In this document: positions 1 to 9,846 of the stretch, in pieces
Layout of the letters: every line of letters starts with the position of its first letter
Numbering within the stretch: position 1 is the first letter of the stretch
Assembly (NCBI GenBank): GCA_016933195.1
Contig: JAFGBN010000009.1
Location: 26,899-90,898, forward strand
From: Dehalococcoidia bacterium
GTDB lineage: Bacteria; Chloroflexota; Dehalococcoidia; GIF9; AB-539-J10
Direction: 5' to 3'
Length of the DNA: 64,000 nt
Position numbers and translations under genes: made by a program
The notes under the pieces: generated by a model
Databases searched by the model: none
What the model saw: the letters and a program-made list of their open reading frames with translations, nothing else
Told to the model about the DNA's origin: nothing

Positions 1-34
1 TTGAACTCAGGAGAAATGGAAGAGGCAGGTAGAC

Positions 35-220
35 TTAGATACTCTTCTTGATTTCCTCAATGTCTTTCTCAACCTCCTTCAATTCCTCTTCCAGCGCATC
101 TCTATATTCCTGAAGCATACTTATATACTCTTCCTTGCTGGGAAAGGGCTTTAATCCGTGCCAGTAAAAACCAAAGGGAGGAAAACCAAAGTAAAACCTC
201 CACGACCTTCTACGCCACAT
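35..220 (-). CDS. small DUF5320-like protein
   Basis: 61-aa ORF with an aromatic/Gly-rich head (WRFYFGFPPFGFYWHG) followed by a Glu/Lys coiled coil (EEYISMLQEYRDALEEELKEVEKDIEEIKK). Family resemblance is recalled, not searched. Confidence 0.4.
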   Translation of the reverse strand: MWRRRSWRFYFGFPPFGFYWHGLKPFPSKEEYISMLQEYRDALEEELKEVEKDIEEIKKSI

Positions 221-684
221 CTCTGCTTACCTCCTCTCCCTCGCCAGACAAAGGTCTGGGTGGACGAGGTCACCCTTGTCCCAAATTGGGCATCACTTTG
301 GTATGCCAGGACAACACAGGGATTTAATTCGACGTGGGATACATTTTATCAGTAATTAATAGATATTGCTCTTATTTCAGCTCTATTTTTCTCTATTTTG
401 CTGATATTGCGCTTACATATCTTCTCTTCGCAGATGCTCTGCGACAGTTGATGGCTTTCTAGGAGTCATATCAAGGGGAGCCGTGCAAAAGCTTGGTGAC
501 CATCGTCAACAAGGTAACAATTAGTATCCTCCGTGTAAATACTGCGGAGTTCATAATCTGATGCACTGTTGCTTATTGGAAGAGAGATGTGACAATCACA
601 ATATGTAGCTCTATCAGTAGTAGAGCCGCGGTGGGGCAGACAATTTAAAGGCTTCACTAGCGCATCTACCACCGAGTTAAAGGC

Positions 685-906
685 CTACCCAGTTCTGGAG
701 GAGACCCAGGGCAATTTCCTTTCAAGTGTTTTGTCTCGACTCAAGGTCATACATAGGACACGGCAAATTCCGCATCCATTGCACTTATCCGTGTCAATGC
801 AAATATTCCTGTTTTTGTCCCTGGCTACAACAGTAATGGCACTGGCAGGGCAGGCTGTCAGGCAAAAAGGTGCAGGACAATATTGGGCGCATACTGACTT
901 GAGCAT
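685..906 (-). CDS. 4Fe-4S ferredoxin-domain protein
   Basis: 73-aa ORF with Cys clusters CAQYCPAPFCLTACP and CNGCGICRVLC. Lies directly downstream of the GltB-like gene on the same strand. Confidence 0.6.
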   Translation of the reverse strand: MLKSVCAQYCPAPFCLTACPASAITVVARDKNRNICIDTDKCNGCGICRVLCMTLSRDKTLERKLPWVSSRTG

Positions 907-963
907 TTCTCCTCCTTTTTTGCTTACCTCGGAAAAATCTAGCGCTTTTTCAGAGAAACTGAT

Positions 964-2529
964 TTAGCCTAGAATTTTCTCCACTTCTTCCATATCCGAT
1001 TCCATTATATAGGGGATGCCAGAAACATTGGATGCTTCCGGTGTCAAGGCAACAAGATCATCTCTATCTATAAAATTAAGGGCAAATTTGCGCTCCCCAG
1101 CCATAAGTTGCCTCAATCCTGTGGCGAGTCGGTCATAATAGGTATAAACACCTATTGCTGCTGGTGGAATCTTTTCAAAATCCTCCCCATATTTTTCCTT
1201 AAGCTCAGCGGCTGCGATAAAAGTGCGGAATAGGGCTTCCTGATATTTCTTGCCTTTCCCGTAGGTCTCCTCTAGAAGCTGCCCCTGTGTCTTTCCCACC
1301 ATAGCTGCTGTGAGAGTTGACCTTCCCATGCACACCGCCTTTATATAAGGAGCCCCTAACGCTAAAGCTTTGAAGATGTGGTCCTCAAGGGCAACTCCGC
1401 CGGCTATAGCACAGCTAGGAACAAAAGCTCCTTTCTCATCGAGCCTTTTAAGGAATTTATAAAGAAGGCTTTCCAGATAAATGGTGGGGATACCCCACTC
1501 GTTCATCATTCTCCAGGGGCTCATACCTGTTCCGCCACCAGCGCCATCTACGGTAAGAAGGTCAATCTTAGCTTCAGAGGCAAATTTTACCGCCAGAGCT
1601 AAGTCCGCTGGCCTATATGCTCCCGTCTTCAAAGTAACGTATTTGGCTCCTACTTCCTTGAATCTTTCTACTTGCCTTAAGAATGCCTCTTCGTCCACCA
1701 TCCCCAGGCGGGAGTGGCGCTCAAATTCCCTTATTCCCCCAGCTTTATAGGACTCTTGGACTGTAGGACTTTCAGGGTCAGGAATAACGATGTATCCTCT
1801 CTGCTTGAGCTCAAGTGCTCTTTCCAGGGTTGGCAGTTTGACCTCTCCACCAATACACTTGGCACCTTGTCCCCATTTTATTTCGACACCTTCAACCCCG
1901 AGTTTCTCTACGGCATATTCAGGGACGCCGAGGCGAGCATCCTCTACATTTGCCTGAACGAGCATCATTCCAAAGCCTTCATACCAGTCCTGGTATACCT
2001 TTACTCTTCTTGCGAGCTCAGGCGACTTTACCACTTTTCCATTTTTAAACTCAGCATCGTGGTCCATACCACAAACATTCTCTCCACAGACCAACACGGC
2101 TCCGCATATGGCGATGGCAATAGCGGCACCTTCCCAGTTCACCCTGGCTATCTCAGTTGAACCTAAAGCGCCGGTGAAGAAGGGCAACTTCATCTTTATC
2201 CTATTATCATTGGCTCCTATCTCAGTAGAAACATCGACAGCAGAAAAAAGAGCCTTATCCGAGTCTGCTTCAATGCCAGCTGCTCCAACACAGCTTCCCT
2301 GGATATTAAAGTGGGAGAAATCGACAGGATAATCCTTTTCCGCCCCAGCCAGAACTTTCCCAAAGGGTTGTGGGTAGATCATCTCCTTTCCTCTGAGAGC
2401 AGACCTTCCCACCTCGCAATATCCAGGACAGCCATCTACACAGGTCACGCATAGTCCTGATACGGGTGAGGGTGCTACCCTGGTTGTAGTTATGGTTGCT
2501 GCACTTGCATTTGGCTTGCTTAAAGACAT
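964..2529 (-). CDS. FMN-dependent glutamate synthase-related protein (GltB central-domain homologue, archaeal type)
   Basis: 521-aa ORF. N-terminal Cys cluster CVTCVDGCPGYCEVG, then a TIM-barrel FMN region (LTVDGAGGGTGMSPW, IAGGVALEDHIFKALALGA) typical of the glutamate synthase FMN domain. Confidence 0.8.
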   Translation of the reverse strand: MSLSKPNASAATITTTRVAPSPVSGLCVTCVDGCPGYCEVGRSALRGKEMIYPQPFGKVLAGAEKDYPVDFSHFNIQGSCVGAAGIEADSDKALFSAVDVSTEIGANDNRIKMKLPFFTGALGSTEIARVNWEGAAIAIAICGAVLVCGENVCGMDHDAEFKNGKVVKSPELARRVKVYQDWYEGFGMMLVQANVEDARLGVPEYAVEKLGVEGVEIKWGQGAKCIGGEVKLPTLERALELKQRGYIVIPDPESPTVQESYKAGGIREFERHSRLGMVDEEAFLRQVERFKEVGAKYVTLKTGAYRPADLALAVKFASEAKIDLLTVDGAGGGTGMSPWRMMNEWGIPTIYLESLLYKFLKRLDEKGAFVPSCAIAGGVALEDHIFKALALGAPYIKAVCMGRSTLTAAMVGKTQGQLLEETYGKGKKYQEALFRTFIAAAELKEKYGEDFEKIPPAAIGVYTYYDRLATGLRQLMAGERKFALNFIDRDDLVALTPEASNVSGIPYIMESDMEEVEKILG

Positions 2530-2540
2530 TATTAACCTCC

Positions 2541-3311
2541 TTATGTTCTTATGGGGATTCCCTTTCCCTTAAGGTATTCCTTCGCTTTCATTATGGCTAT
2601 TTCGCCAAAATGGAAAATAGACGCGGCCAGCACTGCCGAAGCTTTTCCAATGATTACTGCTTCGTAAAGATGCTCAAGTTTACCTGCTCCCCCAGAAGCA
2701 ATAACAGGAATGCTAACGGCTTCAGCTACAGCCCTGGTCATCTCTAAATCGTAGCCCTCTTTGGTGCCATCAGCATCCTTGCTGGTAAGCAAAATCTCCC
2801 CGGCACCCAGCTTCTCCACCCTCTTTGCCCAATCAACAACATCTATCCCGGTAGCCTCGCTACCGCTTTTGACCACCACCTCTAATCGAGGAAGGTGACT
2901 TTCAGCAGAATTTTTTCGCCCATCGATGGCGATAACAAGTTTCTCCTTCCCAAATCTCCTTGAAGCCTCGCTTATAAGCTCGGCATTTCTCACCGCAGCG
3001 GTATTTATTGAGACTTTATCCACGCCAAGAGCAAACAAAGCTTCCATATCTTCAACATTTCTAATCCCGCCCCCTACAGCAAAGGGGATGGTAACCTTTT
3101 CAGTTACCTTCTTAACCCATTCCAGCCTTGTTCCTCTACTCTCCACAGTAGCGGAGATGTCGAGAAAAACAAGCTCATCAGCGCCCTCGCGGCAATAAGC
3201 CTCTGCCGCCTCCACCGGGTCGCGGGCATCTCTGAGGTTTACAAAGTTTATCCCCTTGACTACTCTCCCTTCCTTAACATCCAGGCAAGGTATGATTCTT
3301 ACTGTTTCCAT
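2541..3311 (-). CDS. hisF: imidazole glycerol phosphate synthase, cyclase subunit
   Basis: 256-aa ORF starting [16 protein letters not shown], with [15 protein letters not shown] and ASGGAG motifs. Confidence 0.95.
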   Translation of the reverse strand: METVRIIPCLDVKEGRVVKGINFVNLRDARDPVEAAEAYCREGADELVFLDISATVESRGTRLEWVKKVTEKVTIPFAVGGGIRNVEDMEALFALGVDKVSINTAAVRNAELISEASRRFGKEKLVIAIDGRKNSAESHLPRLEVVVKSGSEATGIDVVDWAKRVEKLGAGEILLTSKDADGTKEGYDLEMTRAVAEAVSIPVIASGGAGKLEHLYEAVIIGKASAVLAASIFHFGEIAIMKAKEYLKGKGIPIRT

Positions 3312-3443
3312 TTTGCAACTCCTAGAATCTGGGCAGAGCTTGGCACCTTATGATGGTACTCCTGCCCGGACCGTTTCAACCCGCCATTCTATCCTATTAA
3401 GACCCTGGAATCAATATTAATTGCGGGAATACTTACCAGCCAC

Positions 3444-3580
3444 CTGATGTAGTATAATTTGCCATAAGCGAAGAGGAGAAGCTGTATACCATCAAGATTG
3501 GAATGGCTCAGGGCAACTCCACGGTTAACCGCTTGGTTGCAGGTTCAAGTCCCGCTTGGGGGAGCTTTTTACTGGACTAA
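3444..3580 (+). pseudogene. diverged orphan copy of the nadE promoter and first ~30 codons
   Basis: 3444-3545 aligns colinearly (one 1-nt indel) with 5313-5405. Both contain ctgatRtagtataat with TATAAT, and ggaatggctcag. The translation LYTIKIGMAQGNSTVNRLVAG compares with NadE MQTMRIGMAQINPTVGDLSGN, then diverges to a stop at 3578-3580. Confidence 0.6.
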
Positions 3581-3690
3581 CCGCGGGAAACGGATTCTCG
3601 ACCATCTTGCTTGTTGAGTCTGGCTTCTGGTTTCGCTAATCACTACCCTTCTCTTGTCCTGACGAAACATATATGATAAGATTCTATTGA

Positions 3691-3703
3691 ATCATGATAT
3701 AAT
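3691..3703 (+). promoter_or_regulatory. candidate extended -10 (TGATATAAT) overlapping the palindrome ATCATGAT, upstream of the TA pair
   Basis: TATAAT at 3698-3703 is preceded by TGA. The perfect 8-bp palindrome atcatgat at 3691-3698 is a plausible antitoxin operator. No good -35. Confidence 0.35.
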
Positions 3704-3727
3704 GAACCAATGCTGGAGGAAACTTCA

Positions 3728-4012
3728 ATGGGTGCACTAACAAAGCTAACCAGTGGGGGGCAGATCACTCTTCCTAAGGAAATCAGGATAAAGACCAATA
3801 TGCAGCCCGGCGATTTTGTTGAGGTCAAGCTTGATGAGGAGGGGCACATTGTGTTGACGCTGAAGAAGCTTGTGGATGCCAACCAGGCCTATTTCTGGTC
3901 TGAGGAGTGGCAAGCGGGAGAACGTAAAGCGGATGCGGATATAGAAGCTGGCCGGATGAAGAGGTTCAAGTCAGCCGCTGATGCAGTGAAGTATCTTGAA
4001 GGCAAAGCATAG
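3728..4012 (+). CDS. AbrB/SpoVT/MazE-fold antitoxin
   Basis: GGAGGA lies 7 nt before the ATG at 3728. The N-terminus LTSGGQITLPKEIRIKTNMQPGDFVEVKLDEEGHIVL is a swapped-hairpin AbrB-type motif. The stop is 2 nt before the toxin start. Confidence 0.7.
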   Translation: MGALTKLTSGGQITLPKEIRIKTNMQPGDFVEVKLDEEGHIVLTLKKLVDANQAYFWSEEWQAGERKADADIEAGRMKRFKSAADAVKYLEGKA

Positions 4013-4014
4013 CT

Positions 4015-4275
4015 GTGGAGATCCTCTTCACTGAGCAATTTGAACAGGTATACGAGAAGCTCACCAAAGCCGAGAAACAGAGCGTCCGCAAAGCACTTAC
4101 TCTATTGGACGATGACCCCAAATACCCTAGCCTCCGTGTAAAGAAAATGGAAGGCAGGAAGAGCATCTGGGAAGCTTCTCCTTCAAAGAGATTGCGGATG
4201 ACTTTTAAGATGGTTGGAGAGACCATCTTCATGCGTAACGTGGGGGAGCATGATAAGGTGTTGAGAAGACCGTGA
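4015..4275 (+). CDS. RelE/ParE-superfamily toxin
   Basis: 86-aa ORF with a GTG start, tightly coupled to the upstream AbrB-type gene. The pattern KYPSLRVKKMEGRKSIWEASPSKRLRMTFKMVGETIFMRNVGEHD resembles RelE/ParE-like toxins. Confidence 0.6.
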   Translation: MEILFTEQFEQVYEKLTKAEKQSVRKALTLLDDDPKYPSLRVKKMEGRKSIWEASPSKRLRMTFKMVGETIFMRNVGEHDKVLRRP

Positions 4276-4374
4276 CCCTTCTGAATCAATAGGCTAACGG
4301 CGGAAAGCGTGATTGCTGGTATCCTTCTCACGACGTTGCTATAATGGAAGGGAAACATCTTACAAAGGTGCGAG

Positions 4375-5034
4375 GTGCTTAGCCTAGCCGCTATTTCAAT
4401 CTCTGGTATTGCGCTTGCAATATCGATGTTTATCTTATGCAAACAACATTTGAAACCATTCAGACTTTGGTGTCGTTTCCAGTCGAGTGTCTTTGACGGC
4501 CTCGATTACAAGGGACAAGGGTTTCATATAGTCCTACCGATTACTGTGGCAAACGGGGGAGCTAGACCAGGAGTAATTACCAACTGGGCTGTATATCTCC
4601 GTAAGATGGACAACCCGAAAGAAGTGTTTGTGTTCCACGGGGCTGGTTCGGTAGATGTTGCGACCCTGATTGATGCTTTGAGGAAAGGGGATGCTAGCTC
4701 TGCGAAGATTCTACAGGGGGGTAATCCTGTCATGAGGCTTGGCGGAGGCGAGCAACGTGACATCGGAATTGTATTTGTTGCACCAGAAGTGGGCAGATAC
4801 ACAAAGACAGAATCACAAGGGTTTCGCCCTACCGCGCAGCTGAGTAAGGGGAAATATGACCTCGAGCTCTGGTGCTTCGTAAGAAAATGGGCCAGGTATC
4901 ACAAGGTAGGCCTTGAACTGAACGACTCAAAAGTAAGAACACTTCAGCAAAGCCGGGGATTCATTAACAACAATGTTCCGGAATTCGATTTACTCAAGCC
5001 AGATCTGTATCCGAATCCAAGGGGCAAATCATAA
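4375..5034 (+). CDS. hypothetical protein with N-terminal membrane anchor
   Basis: 219-aa ORF with a hydrophobic N-terminus (LSLAAISISGIALAISMFIL). No recognisable family. Confidence 0.4.
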   Translation: MLSLAAISISGIALAISMFILCKQHLKPFRLWCRFQSSVFDGLDYKGQGFHIVLPITVANGGARPGVITNWAVYLRKMDNPKEVFVFHGAGSVDVATLIDALRKGDASSAKILQGGNPVMRLGGGEQRDIGIVFVAPEVGRYTKTESQGFRPTAQLSKGKYDLELWCFVRKWARYHKVGLELNDSKVRTLQQSRGFINNNVPEFDLLKPDLYPNPRGKS

Positions 5035-5349
5035 GTTGTTCTGCATCAGGCCGAGCGAGTAACAGGCCTATCTTTCAATGCTACTCCCCCTTCTGGAATG
5101 AAAATCTCTCTCTGCCCGGAAGTAGTGTGTGGCGTTTGCCTGCTTCATTTCGGAATAGAAGCTTTATCCTGTCCCACACCAGTAGTCTCTGTGCCCTTAG
5201 TCCAGCTAGCCAAAACCGCCAAAGGTTCTCCTCTGAATAAAGGACAGCAACTTTCGCGCTTATCTATCATGGCACCGTGCATTCTTTCCCTTTGAGAAGT
5301 GCTTATAGACGTCTGATATAGTATAATCGGCTATTACAGGAAAGCAGAA

Positions 5350-7083
5350 ATGCAGACCATGAGAATCGGAATGGCTCAGATTAACCCCACTGTGGGTGAT
5401 TTGAGTGGCAATACCAGGAAAATAATACAGTCCATTGGCGAGGCAAAGGCGCTCGGAGTCAACCTGTTGACTTTCCCTGAATTAGCCATAACTGGTTACC
5501 CTCCAGAAGATTTGTTGCTCAAGCCACACTTTATTGAGCAAAACAAGGAATGCCTTGAGGAAATAATAGAGTGTTCATCAGACATAGCGGTGGTAGTGGG
5601 CTTCGTTGATAGCAACAACGATATATATAATGCAGCAGCAGTAATCTATGATAAAAAATTGGCTGGCGTTTACCACAAAATTTATCTGCCAAATTATGGC
5701 GTGTTTGATGAAAATAGATATTTTCAAGCAGGAAAGAAATGCCCTGTGTTTATCATTTATGGCGTCGACATAGGCGTAACCATTTGTGAGGATATGTGGT
5801 ATGAAACCGGACCGGCAACAGTTCAAGCTTATGCTGGAGCTAGGCTATTAGTTAATATAAGCGCTTCCCCATACCATGTTGGGAAAGGGCGTTTTAGAGA
5901 AAGGATGCTTGCTACCAGAGCAGCCGATAACGTAGCCATTGTAGCCCATAACAATCTGGTTGGAGGACAAGATGAGCTGGTTTTTGACGGCGATAGCCTG
6001 ATTATCAACGAAAAGGGAGAGCTCATTGCTCGTGGGAGACAGTTTGAGGAAGACCTTATAGTAGCCGATTTGGACATAGAATCGGTGTTTCGTTCACAGT
6101 TACATGACCCTCGGTGGAGAAAAGATACACCATGGGTGAAAAAGGAACTGGAACAAGCTACTAAGATAGAAGTATCAAATGGATATCCCACGATTACCAA
6201 ACCATCCTTGCCATCAAGGCAAATTGAACCACTAGACGAACTTGCCGAGATATCCCAGGCTCTCGCCCTTGGCACCAGAGATTATGTGCGCAAAAACGGC
6301 TTTAAGAAGGTAGTTATTGGATTATCTGGCGGAGTTGACTCATCTCTGGTAGCTGCCATAGCAGTTGACGCCCTGGGGGCTGACAATGTCATAGGTGTTT
6401 CAATGCCCTCTCGCTACACATCACCTGGTAGCAAATCAGACGCAGAAGCGCTAGCAAAGAATCTAGGAATAGAGCTAAGGGTAATACCTATTGAGAAAGC
6501 ATTTAGTTCATATCTGGAAACGCTGGCAGAGCCTTTCAAAGATACTCAGCCTGATGTAACCGAGGAGAACATTCAGGCACGCATCAGGGGCAATATCCTC
6601 TTTGCCTTATCTAACAAGTTTGGCTGGTTAGTGCTTGCTTGCAGCAATAAAAGTGAGACAGCTACAGGCTATACCACTCTTTACGGAGATATGGCTGGAG
6701 GGTTCATTCCTCTCAAGGATGTGCCTAAAACAACGGTTTCCAAATTAGCCAGATACAAGAATCGCCGGGCAGGAAAAGAGGTAATACCATCCAGTGTCTT
6801 AACCAAAGCACCATCAGCTGAGCTCAGGCATGACCAGAAAGATACAGATACTCTGCCATCTTATGAATCATTAGACCCTATTTTGAAAGCATACGTGGAA
6901 GATGATATGACGCTTGACCAGATTGTAGCCATGGGTTTTGACGCTGAGATAGTTATGAAAGCGGCTCGCTTGGTGGACAGGAATGAATACAAGCGCCGCC
7001 AGGCTGCTCCGGGTATAAAGATAACCCCCAGGGACTTTGGCAGAGATAGGAGATTGCCTATAACTAACCGATTTAGAGAATAA
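5350..7083 (+). CDS. nadE: glutamine-dependent NAD+ synthetase
   Basis: 577 aa. N-terminal nitrilase/CN-hydrolase domain (RIGMAQINPTVGD, TICEDMWY) and C-terminal NAD synthase domain (GLSGGVDSS P-loop). Confidence 0.95.
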   Translation: MQTMRIGMAQINPTVGDLSGNTRKIIQSIGEAKALGVNLLTFPELAITGYPPEDLLLKPHFIEQNKECLEEIIECSSDIAVVVGFVDSNNDIYNAAAVIYDKKLAGVYHKIYLPNYGVFDENRYFQAGKKCPVFIIYGVDIGVTICEDMWYETGPATVQAYAGARLLVNISASPYHVGKGRFRERMLATRAADNVAIVAHNNLVGGQDELVFDGDSLIINEKGELIARGRQFEEDLIVADLDIESVFRSQLHDPRWRKDTPWVKKELEQATKIEVSNGYPTITKPSLPSRQIEPLDELAEISQALALGTRDYVRKNGFKKVVIGLSGGVDSSLVAAIAVDALGADNVIGVSMPSRYTSPGSKSDAEALAKNLGIELRVIPIEKAFSSYLETLAEPFKDTQPDVTEENIQARIRGNILFALSNKFGWLVLACSNKSETATGYTTLYGDMAGGFIPLKDVPKTTVSKLARYKNRRAGKEVIPSSVLTKAPSAELRHDQKDTDTLPSYESLDPILKAYVEDDMTLDQIVAMGFDAEIVMKAARLVDRNEYKRRQAAPGIKITPRDFGRDRRLPITNRFRE

Positions 7084-7109
7084 ATCAGTCGAGAAGAAGG
7101 TGAAGCAGC

Positions 7110-7334
7110 GTGAGAAAAATAGGTGGTATCTTATTGGGAATCGGACTGGGCATTTTGGTGGGCTGGGGGCTTTATTGGTTCTTCAGCCTGGCTTTCCCTT
7201 CATTGCCCTTGGCTGTTAAGATTGCCATTGCTGCTGTAGCTATAGGGCTTATTATTCTCCTGGCATCACTGGGGCGGGAGAGATATCAAGCATCAAAGAA
7301 AGAGAAGGAGAAATTCAAAGGGGTAGAAAAATGA
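7110..7334 (+). CDS. small membrane protein
   Basis: 74-aa ORF with two hydrophobic segments and a Lys/Glu tail. Overlaps the next gene start by 4 nt. Confidence 0.5.
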   Translation: MRKIGGILLGIGLGILVGWGLYWFFSLAFPSLPLAVKIAIAAVAIGLIILLASLGRERYQASKKEKEKFKGVEK

Positions 7335-7645
7335 TTGTGGTTACAGCAGAGCAGATAGAGGGCAAAAGGATAACTGAGACCCTGGGCTTAGTTAGAGGCA
7401 GCACCATCAGGGCCAGGCATGTGGGGCGTGATGTTATGGCTGGCTTACGGAATATCGTCGGCGGCGAGGTTAAGGATTACACTGTAATGCTGGCGCAGGC
7501 TCGGGAGGAAGCTCTGCAGAGGATGATTGAGCAAGCTGAGAATATTGGAGCTAACGCTGTAGTAGGTACTAGGTTTGTGACCTCGATGGTAATGTCGGGA
7601 GCTGCCGAGATGGTAGCTTATGGGACAGCAGTAAAGGTTATGTAA
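7331..7645 (+). CDS. YbjQ/UPF0145 family protein
   Basis: 104 aa: VTAEQIEGKRI, GLVRGSTIRARHVGRD, GANAVVGTRF, typical of the YbjQ family. Confidence 0.85.
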   Translation: MIVVTAEQIEGKRITETLGLVRGSTIRARHVGRDVMAGLRNIVGGEVKDYTVMLAQAREEALQRMIEQAENIGANAVVGTRFVTSMVMSGAAEMVAYGTAVKVM

Positions 7646-7715
7646 ATGATACTTTTAGGAAGGGCTCGATACTCTAGGGGAAAGCTCTGCTGAGCAATAG
7701 TTTCGGCATGGACTG

Positions 7716-8318
7716 ATGAAGATGAATGGCAAGAAAAAAATTGGGGTTCTCGCTTTGCAAGGTGCTTTCGTCGAGCATATGGCTAGTTTGGAAAAATTAG
7801 GGGCTGAAGCATCGCCTGTACGTTTGCCTCGAGACCTGGAAAACTTAGATGGACTCATCATACCTGGCGGGGAATCCACCACAATTGCGCAATTGATGTT
7901 GTTTTACGGTTTTACGAAAGTGTTGAGAAAATTAAGCCAGGATGATTTCCCTATATTTGGGACTTGTGCTGGCATGATTTTGCTGGCAAAAAGCACCCTC
8001 GATTTAGATGCAGAGACCATCGGAGCTATGGATATAAAAGTAAGGCGCAATGCTTTTGGCAGACAGGGCGATAGTTTTGAGATATCCTTATCGGTGCCGG
8101 CCTTGGGCGAAGTTCCCTTCCCTGCTGTGTTCATTAGGGCGCCTGTTATTGTGGAGACTGAACCTGGAGTGGAAATCCTGGCTAGTCTTCCTGACGGCAC
8201 TCCTGTAGCCGCTAAGCAAAAAAACTTGCTGGTTTCAGCTTTCCACCCTGAACTGAATTCGGACCTGAGATTTCATGCCTATTTCTTGGATATTGCCTCG
8301 CGAGGACGGATTCACTAA
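7716..8318 (+). CDS. pdxT: pyridoxal 5'-phosphate synthase, glutaminase subunit
   Basis: 200 aa: IGVLALQGAFVEH, LIIPGGESTT, GTCAGMILLA, AFHPEL. Confidence 0.9.
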   Translation: MKMNGKKKIGVLALQGAFVEHMASLEKLGAEASPVRLPRDLENLDGLIIPGGESTTIAQLMLFYGFTKVLRKLSQDDFPIFGTCAGMILLAKSTLDLDAETIGAMDIKVRRNAFGRQGDSFEISLSVPALGEVPFPAVFIRAPVIVETEPGVEILASLPDGTPVAAKQKNLLVSAFHPELNSDLRFHAYFLDIASRGRIH

Positions 8319-8438
8319 GAACTCGAGGATTTTTTGGGTAATGAATGCTTGCCTGAATTGCTAGCATTTCTCTAGTTGATTCTGGTTCTAATCTGTGGTT
8401 TGATGGCATCAAAATACTGTAAGGAAAAGCATTACTGA

Positions 8439-9779
8439 ATGAATATTGAAGATCGAGCCCGGGCTAAGGAGCATGTGCTCAGGTTAGCTAAAGAGCAGGG
8501 CGTTAAATTCATAAGGTTGTGCTTCACAGACATATTGGGGTTTCTTAAAAGCTTCGCTATCACTTTCGAGGAATTGGAGACGGCTTTAGAATCAGGCAGT
8601 GGTTTTGATGGTTCATCCATTCATGGCTTTGCCCGAATTGATGAGAGCGATATGGTAGCTTTGCCTGACCCAAGCACCTTTCAAATCCTCCCCAGGCAAC
8701 CAAAGGAACATAAAACTGCCAGTATGTTTTGCGACATTCACTGGCCAGGAGAACTACTTTTTGAAGGCGACCCTAGATATGTGCTGAAAAGAAACTTGAA
8801 GAGAGCTGCTGATTTGGGCTATACCTTCTACGTTGGTACCGAAATGGAGTATTTCTACTTCCAGGATTCCCAGTCGCCTCAATTCTTAGACCAAGGCGGT
8901 TACTTCGACTTAACTCCACCCGACATAGCTACTGATTTGAGAAGAGAAACAATCCTCGTCCTGGAAGAGATGGGTATTGGTGTAGAATACTGCCATCACG
9001 AAGCTGCTCCTAGCCAGCATGAGATAGTGCTGCGGTACACTGATGCCTTGACCATGGCTGACAATGTAATGACTTACAAGTTAGTAGTCAAGCAAGTAGC
9101 TCAAGAACATGGCGTTTACGCCACCTTCATGCCCAAGCCGGTGTTTGATGTAAATGGCAGCGGGATGCATGTCCATATGTCATTGTTTAAAGGTAATAGG
9201 AATGCCTTCTTTGACGAAAATGACCCTTATCATCTATCCAAGACAGCTAAACATTTTGCTGCTGGCTTACTAAAACATGCACCTGAGATTACCTCTATTA
9301 CTAACCAGTGGGTGAATTCTTATAAGCGCCTCATTCCAGGCTACGAAGCTCCTGTATACATCACCTGGGCGAGAAGAAACCGCGCTGATTTAATCAGAAT
9401 ACCTGAACATAAGCTAGGGAAAGAGAATGCTACCAGGATTGAGTTTAGGTCTCCCGATCCCGCTTGTAATCCCTATTTGGCTTTAAGTGTTATGCTTGCT
9501 GCAGGACTGGAAGGAATGGAGGAAGAATATGAACCGTCACCGCCTTTGGAGAGAAATGTTTTTGAAATGACTGAGGAGGAGCGGAGAGAAAAGAACATAG
9601 GCACACTACCTGGCAGCTTGTATGAAGCTTTACAACTTAGCAAGGAAAGCGAATTGGTCAGGAAGGCTTTGGGGCAGCACGTATTCAACACCTTTATTCA
9701 GAATGGACAGCTAGAATGGGATCGCTACCGTAGCCAGGTAACTGACTATGAACTCAGACGGTATCTGCCTATCTTGTAG
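8439..9779 (+). CDS. glnA: glutamine synthetase, type I
   Basis: 446 aa: FTDILGFLKSF, GSSIHGF, EMEYFYF, HHEAAPSQHEI, NGSGMHVHMSLF, RIEFRSPD. Confidence 0.95.
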   Translation: MNIEDRARAKEHVLRLAKEQGVKFIRLCFTDILGFLKSFAITFEELETALESGSGFDGSSIHGFARIDESDMVALPDPSTFQILPRQPKEHKTASMFCDIHWPGELLFEGDPRYVLKRNLKRAADLGYTFYVGTEMEYFYFQDSQSPQFLDQGGYFDLTPPDIATDLRRETILVLEEMGIGVEYCHHEAAPSQHEIVLRYTDALTMADNVMTYKLVVKQVAQEHGVYATFMPKPVFDVNGSGMHVHMSLFKGNRNAFFDENDPYHLSKTAKHFAAGLLKHAPEITSITNQWVNSYKRLIPGYEAPVYITWARRNRADLIRIPEHKLGKENATRIEFRSPDPACNPYLALSVMLAAGLEGMEEEYEPSPPLERNVFEMTEEERREKNIGTLPGSLYEALQLSKESELVRKALGQHVFNTFIQNGQLEWDRYRSQVTDYELRRYLPIL

Positions 9780-9846
9780 TTTGATGTTATGTCAATTATG
9801 GTAGCTGGTTTGCCTAAATCACCATCTAAAAACCAAAGGAGAGTCG

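Noticed and set aside
466-672. 68-aa Cys-containing minus-strand ORF downstream of the ferredoxin gene.
   Set aside because: GTG start without a convincing SD and no recognisable motif. Left unannotated rather than called.
3530-3562. tRNA-like T-arm (gcaggttcaagtcccgc followed by ttggggga) suggesting a tRNA or tmRNA 3' fragment.
   Set aside because: The T stem has an A-C mismatch. No complementary acceptor 5' strand, D arm or anticodon arm exists upstream. The stretch aligns instead with nadE codons (LVAGSS versus LSGNT) as part of the diverged nadE 5' copy.
8319-8438. Looked for a glutamine riboswitch upstream of glnA, and for T-box leaders upstream of aspS and alaS (48952-49129, 56998-57193).
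   Set aside because: None of the conserved cores I remember (glnA RNA E-loop/pseudoknot, T-box specifier/antiterminator bulge) are visible. This cannot be excluded without a covariance-model scan.
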